Virus genome (UHGV): UHGV-0033546 | DNA length: 64,000 bases | Origin: a virus | Direction: 5' to 3' (one strand) | Part shown: positions 61,261 to 64,000 of the stretch, in pieces | Layout of the letters: every line of letters begins with the position of its first letter | Numbering within the stretch: position 1 is the first letter of the stretch | Position numbers and translations under genes: made by a program | Notes under the pieces: generated by a model | Told to the model about the DNA's origin: nothing | Seen by the model: the letters and a program-made list of their open reading frames with translations, nothing else | Databases searched by the model: none

Positions 61261-61389
61261 TCGCAAATCAAGCGTTTATTCCATTTAAGTAAAGTATAGT
61301 GAACATCTAGATCATCTACTGCTGTAACAATAACAATATGTCCATTAACACGATAATACTGATCTCTTTTAATCTCTTTATCAACCATA
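61261..61389 (-). CDS. Hypothetical protein (58 aa)
   Basis: first ORF after the early promoter at 61419-61448. Confidence 0.35.
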
Positions 61390-61418
61390 TCAAATCCTCA
61401 AAGGCAATTCATATGTTA

Positions 61419-61448
61419 ATAATACCATAGTTTGAACTTGTTGTAAAC
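61419..61448 (-). promoter_or_regulatory. T4-type early promoter
   Basis: minus strand GTTTAC-N18-TATTAT. Confidence 0.55.
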
Positions 61449-61520
61449 AACTTTGTGAAAATTATTTTAGGTAATGATAAGAAAGGAACGATAGCTTAGA
61501 ATGGTAATATACAGAATGTG

Positions 61521-61542
61521 AGAAAGAAAGGCCCAGAGGGCC
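61521..61542 (-). terminator. Terminator-like hairpin
   Basis: minus strand GGCCC-TCT-GGGCC followed by TTTCTTTCT. Confidence 0.5.
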
Positions 61543-61546
61543 CGTC

Positions 61547-61870
61547 TTAATCTTCTATGATATCTCTATCATATCCAAGTGAAATGAGAGTTTCTTTGAA
61601 GTGTTTAATGTTCTTTTGTCTAGAATCATTAATGAAAATGACTGGATACCGAATGTTAAGAGATGTAAATCCAGCACGTTTAGCAAGAGATACAATCAGT
61701 GGACGATCATACTCAATCTTACCATTATTTGTAAGAACTTTATAGAAAGTAAAAGGAGCATTGAGCTCCTTTAGAAGTTTTGTAACTGATTGACATCCAG
61801 GACAACGACCTACTTCATCTGGAATTCCATAGACTTCAATCTTATTCTTTAAGTTCGAGTTTTGTTCCAC
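61547..61870 (-). CDS. Glutaredoxin/NrdH-like redoxin (CPGC active site); start uncertain, possibly non-AUG
   Basis: thioredoxin-fold pattern IEVYG...CPGC...YPVIFIND; no in-frame ATG between upstream stop and the first beta strand; GTG at 61870 assumed. Confidence 0.45.
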   Translation of the reverse strand: MEQNSNLKNKIEVYGIPDEVGRCPGCQSVTKLLKELNAPFTFYKVLTNNGKIEYDRPLIVSLAKRAGFTSLNIRYPVIFINDSRQKNIKHFKETLISLGYDRDIIED

Positions 61871-62153
61871 GAGAAATAATTCCTTGATAAGCCCAATAAG
61901 GAGGATTAACAGAATCCTCACCAGAGTTTTCTTCAGGAAAATAAACTTGGATAACAAATCCAGATGCGTCAAAGGTAAAATAAACTGTAGGCAGTTCACC
62001 TAACAATTCGGCACGAGCATTAATTTCTTCAAGATCGGATTCACGCCCAGCCCAAAAACTAGGATTTAGACTACATTCGTAGAAATAATAGTCATTACCG
62101 AACATATCAAAACCATTCCAGCTTTCCACCACATAACGTTCAAAACTAATCAT
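61842..62153 (-). CDS. Hypothetical protein (103 aa)
   Basis: ORF. Confidence 0.5.
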   Translation of the reverse strand: MISFERYVVESWNGFDMFGNDYYFYECSLNPSFWAGRESDLEEINARAELLGELPTVYFTFDASGFVIQVYFPEENSGEDSVNPPYWAYQGIISRGTKLELKE

Positions 62154-62155
62154 AA

Positions 62156-62371
62156 TTAATCCTTTTTATCAAGAACAGCATTCAGCTTGTTAGTAATTTT
62201 ATCCAGACGCTCATTGAACTCGCTAGAAGACAGTCCTTTTTCTGGAGAAATCAAACTAATTACGAAAAATATAACAATAAAAGGAATAAGGAAAATAGCT
62301 CCAACTGCCATAAACAAAAAGAATGTTACAGTTGTAAGAAAATCAGCTAAACCTTTACGAAATTTATACAT
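62156..62371 (-). CDS. Small membrane protein (71 aa)
   Basis: central hydrophobic segment. Confidence 0.5.
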   Translation of the reverse strand: MYKFRKGLADFLTTVTFFLFMAVGAIFLIPFIVIFFVISLISPEKGLSSSEFNERLDKITNKLNAVLDKKD

Positions 62372-62486
62372 ATTTTACCCTTAATTGATTAACCAAGCAT
62401 TGATAAGCACTAAACTATACTGCGAATAAAATTCTGGACCAAAATGAAAAATCATATCATTTATAGTATCCATAATGTAATTCAAT

Positions 62487-62957
62487 TTAATCATGTTTCC
62501 ACACCCCATTGGTATTTGACCAAAGCCGCTGATTATCTGATCCTCGCCACAGCTTTTTGGTCGGAAGATTTTTCTCATACTTCCCATCAATAATAACATC
62601 AACATATTTAAGCATTTCTAGTTGTTTAATATCTTCAAACTTATATCCTGTCCACAACCAAATGCTTTTATTTGGATAAAGATTTTTGATAGTTTGAACC
62701 ACAGAGTGAATTACATCTCTATTATCAGGATAAAGAGGGTCACCTCCGGTTATAGTTAATCCTTCTATATAATCGTTATTCAAGCATTCAATTAATTGTT
62801 CCAGTGTTTCACCAGTGAATGGAATACCATTTCTAGCATTCCATGTTGATTTATTATAACACCCTTCGCATTTATGCAAACAACCTGTAACGAAAAGAAC
62901 GGTCCTGCACCCAGGACCATTAATAAAATCGCAAGGATAAATTCTATCGTAATTCAT
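62487..62957 (-). CDS. nrdG: Anaerobic ribonucleotide reductase activating protein NrdG (radical SAM)
   Basis: 156 aa; cysteine motif CLHKCEGC; directly downstream of nrdD. Confidence 0.9.
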   Translation of the reverse strand: MNYDRIYPCDFINGPGCRTVLFVTGCLHKCEGCYNKSTWNARNGIPFTGETLEQLIECLNNDYIEGLTITGGDPLYPDNRDVIHSVVQTIKNLYPNKSIWLWTGYKFEDIKQLEMLKYVDVIIDGKYEKNLPTKKLWRGSDNQRLWSNTNGVWKHD

Positions 62958-64000
62958 TGATGCTTAACCCTATGCATGATTTCTTTATTTTTACCGAGAT
63001 TAAATCCGCGTTCGTTCGGGTTTCCCAAATATCCGCATGTTCTTCTTATGGTATTCATCTTTTTAGGATCAGTTTCTCCACAAATAGAACAAACAAATCC
63101 GGTTTCAGTAGGAGTCATTTCATGGGTACTTCCACATGTAAAACATTTATCTACTGGCATGTTAACACCAAAATAATCTAAATGTTGTGCAGCATAATCC
63201 CATACAGCCTCAAGACCTTTTAAGTTATTTTTCATATCAGGAAGTTCAACATAAGAAATGTGACCACCTGTTGCAATGAAATGATATGGTGCTTCACGAG
63301 AAATCTTTTCAAACGGGGTGATATTTTCTTCTACTGAAACGTGGAAACTGTTAGTGTACCAGCCTTTATCAGTAACATCCTTTACACTTCCATATTTTTC
63401 GGTATCAAGTTTACAGAAGCGATAACAAAGGTTTTCAGCGGGTGTAGAATACAAGCTAAAAGCAAAACCGGTTCTTTCAGTCCACTGCTTAAGATGAGCA
63501 TTCATTTTAGTTAAAATTTCCTGTCCAATATCACGACCAACAAGAATATTCAATTCATGAATACCAATGTATCCTAGAGACACTGAACTTCTGCCGTTTT
63601 TAAATAACTCAATTATATCGTCATCAGGTTTAAGACGAACCCCGAATGCACCTTCTTGATAAAGAATAGGAGCAACAGTCGCTTTAACTCCTTTTAAGGA
63701 ACTAATTCTACACATCAAAGCTTCAAAACACAAATCCATTCGCTCATTGAATAATTCAACAAATTTCTGTTCATTGAACTGTGTTCCAATATAAGAATCT
63801 AACGCAATGCGAGGAAGATTCAGTGTTACAACACCAAGATTATTACGTCCATCAAGAATTTCATTACCAGTCGAATCTTTCCATACGCTCAAGAAACTAC
63901 GGCAACCCATTGGAGAAACAGGAACAGATGAACCAGTGATAGCTTTATTGTTCTTAGCTGAAATAATATCAGGATACATCCTTTTGCTTGCACACTCTAG
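62954..64000 (-). CDS. nrdD: Anaerobic ribonucleotide reductase NrdD, C-terminal part (ORF runs off the window end)
   Basis: open frame to position 64000; C-terminal Zn-ribbon cysteines and glycyl-radical motif RRTCGYLG. Confidence 0.9.
   Translation of the reverse strand, partial: LECASKRMYPDIISAKNNKAITGSSVPVSPMGCRSFLSVWKDSTGNEILDGRNNLGVVTLNLPRIALDSYIGTQFNEQKFVELFNERMDLCFEALMCRISSLKGVKATVAPILYQEGAFGVRLKPDDDIIELFKNGRSSVSLGYIGIHELNILVGRDIGQEILTKMNAHLKQWTERTGFAFSLYSTPAENLCYRFCKLDTEKYGSVKDVTDKGWYTNSFHVSVEENITPFEKISREAPYHFIATGGHISYVELPDMKNNLKGLEAVWDYAAQHLDYFGVNMPVDKCFTCGSTHEMTPTETGFVCSICGETDPKKMNTIRRTCGYLGNPNERGFNLGKNKEIMHRVKHQ

Noticed and set aside
62381-62605. 74-aa ORF overlapping the nrdG 3' end
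   Set aside because: Mostly an alternative frame of nrdG; at most a 30-codon tail is non-overlapping.
1-64000. Search for tRNA, rRNA, CRISPR arrays, integrase or att sites
   Set aside because: No cloverleaf-like candidates near promoters, no spaced direct-repeat arrays, no tyrosine or serine recombinase ORF; the window is virulent-phage early and late gene territory.

Overview
This window reads as a contiguous segment of a T4-like (T-even, Tequatrovirus-type) phage genome, gene-dense and syntenic with the T4 map from gene 59 through the start of nrdD. Order: (partial seg-like endonuclease)-59-33-dsbA-rnh on the minus strand; the late long-tail-fibre operon 34-35-36-37-38 and holin t on the plus strand; then a long minus-strand early/middle block: asiA-arn-motA-52-stp-ndd-denB-rIIB-rIIA-39-motB region-dexA-dda-srd-modA-modB-soc-56-61-sp-dmd-41-40-uvsX-glucosyltransferase-42-imm-43-regA-62-44-45-rpbA-46-47-agt-55-nrdG-nrdD. 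Identifications rest on ORF length, gene order and protein sequences recognised from memory; no database search was run. Three things point to a T2/T6-like relative rather than T4 itself: a glycine-rich gp38 adhesin, an unsplit gene 39, and a 282-aa transferase where T4 carries beta-gt. Accessory content includes at least three freestanding homing-endonuclease genes, several anti-defence genes (stp, arn, dmd, sp, asiA, modA/B), many small hydrophobic ORFs missed by the 60-aa ORF cutoff, and a dense set of regulatory signals. Those signals are 13 near-identical early promoters, MotA-box middle promoters, TATAAATA late promoters, strand-consistent UUCG-tetraloop hairpins and the gene 43 translational operator. 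No tRNA, rRNA, CRISPR array or integrase was seen. I did not find a clearly novel multi-gene system; the best candidates for undescribed biology are the small accessory ORFs and non-canonical regulatory signals listed under findings.
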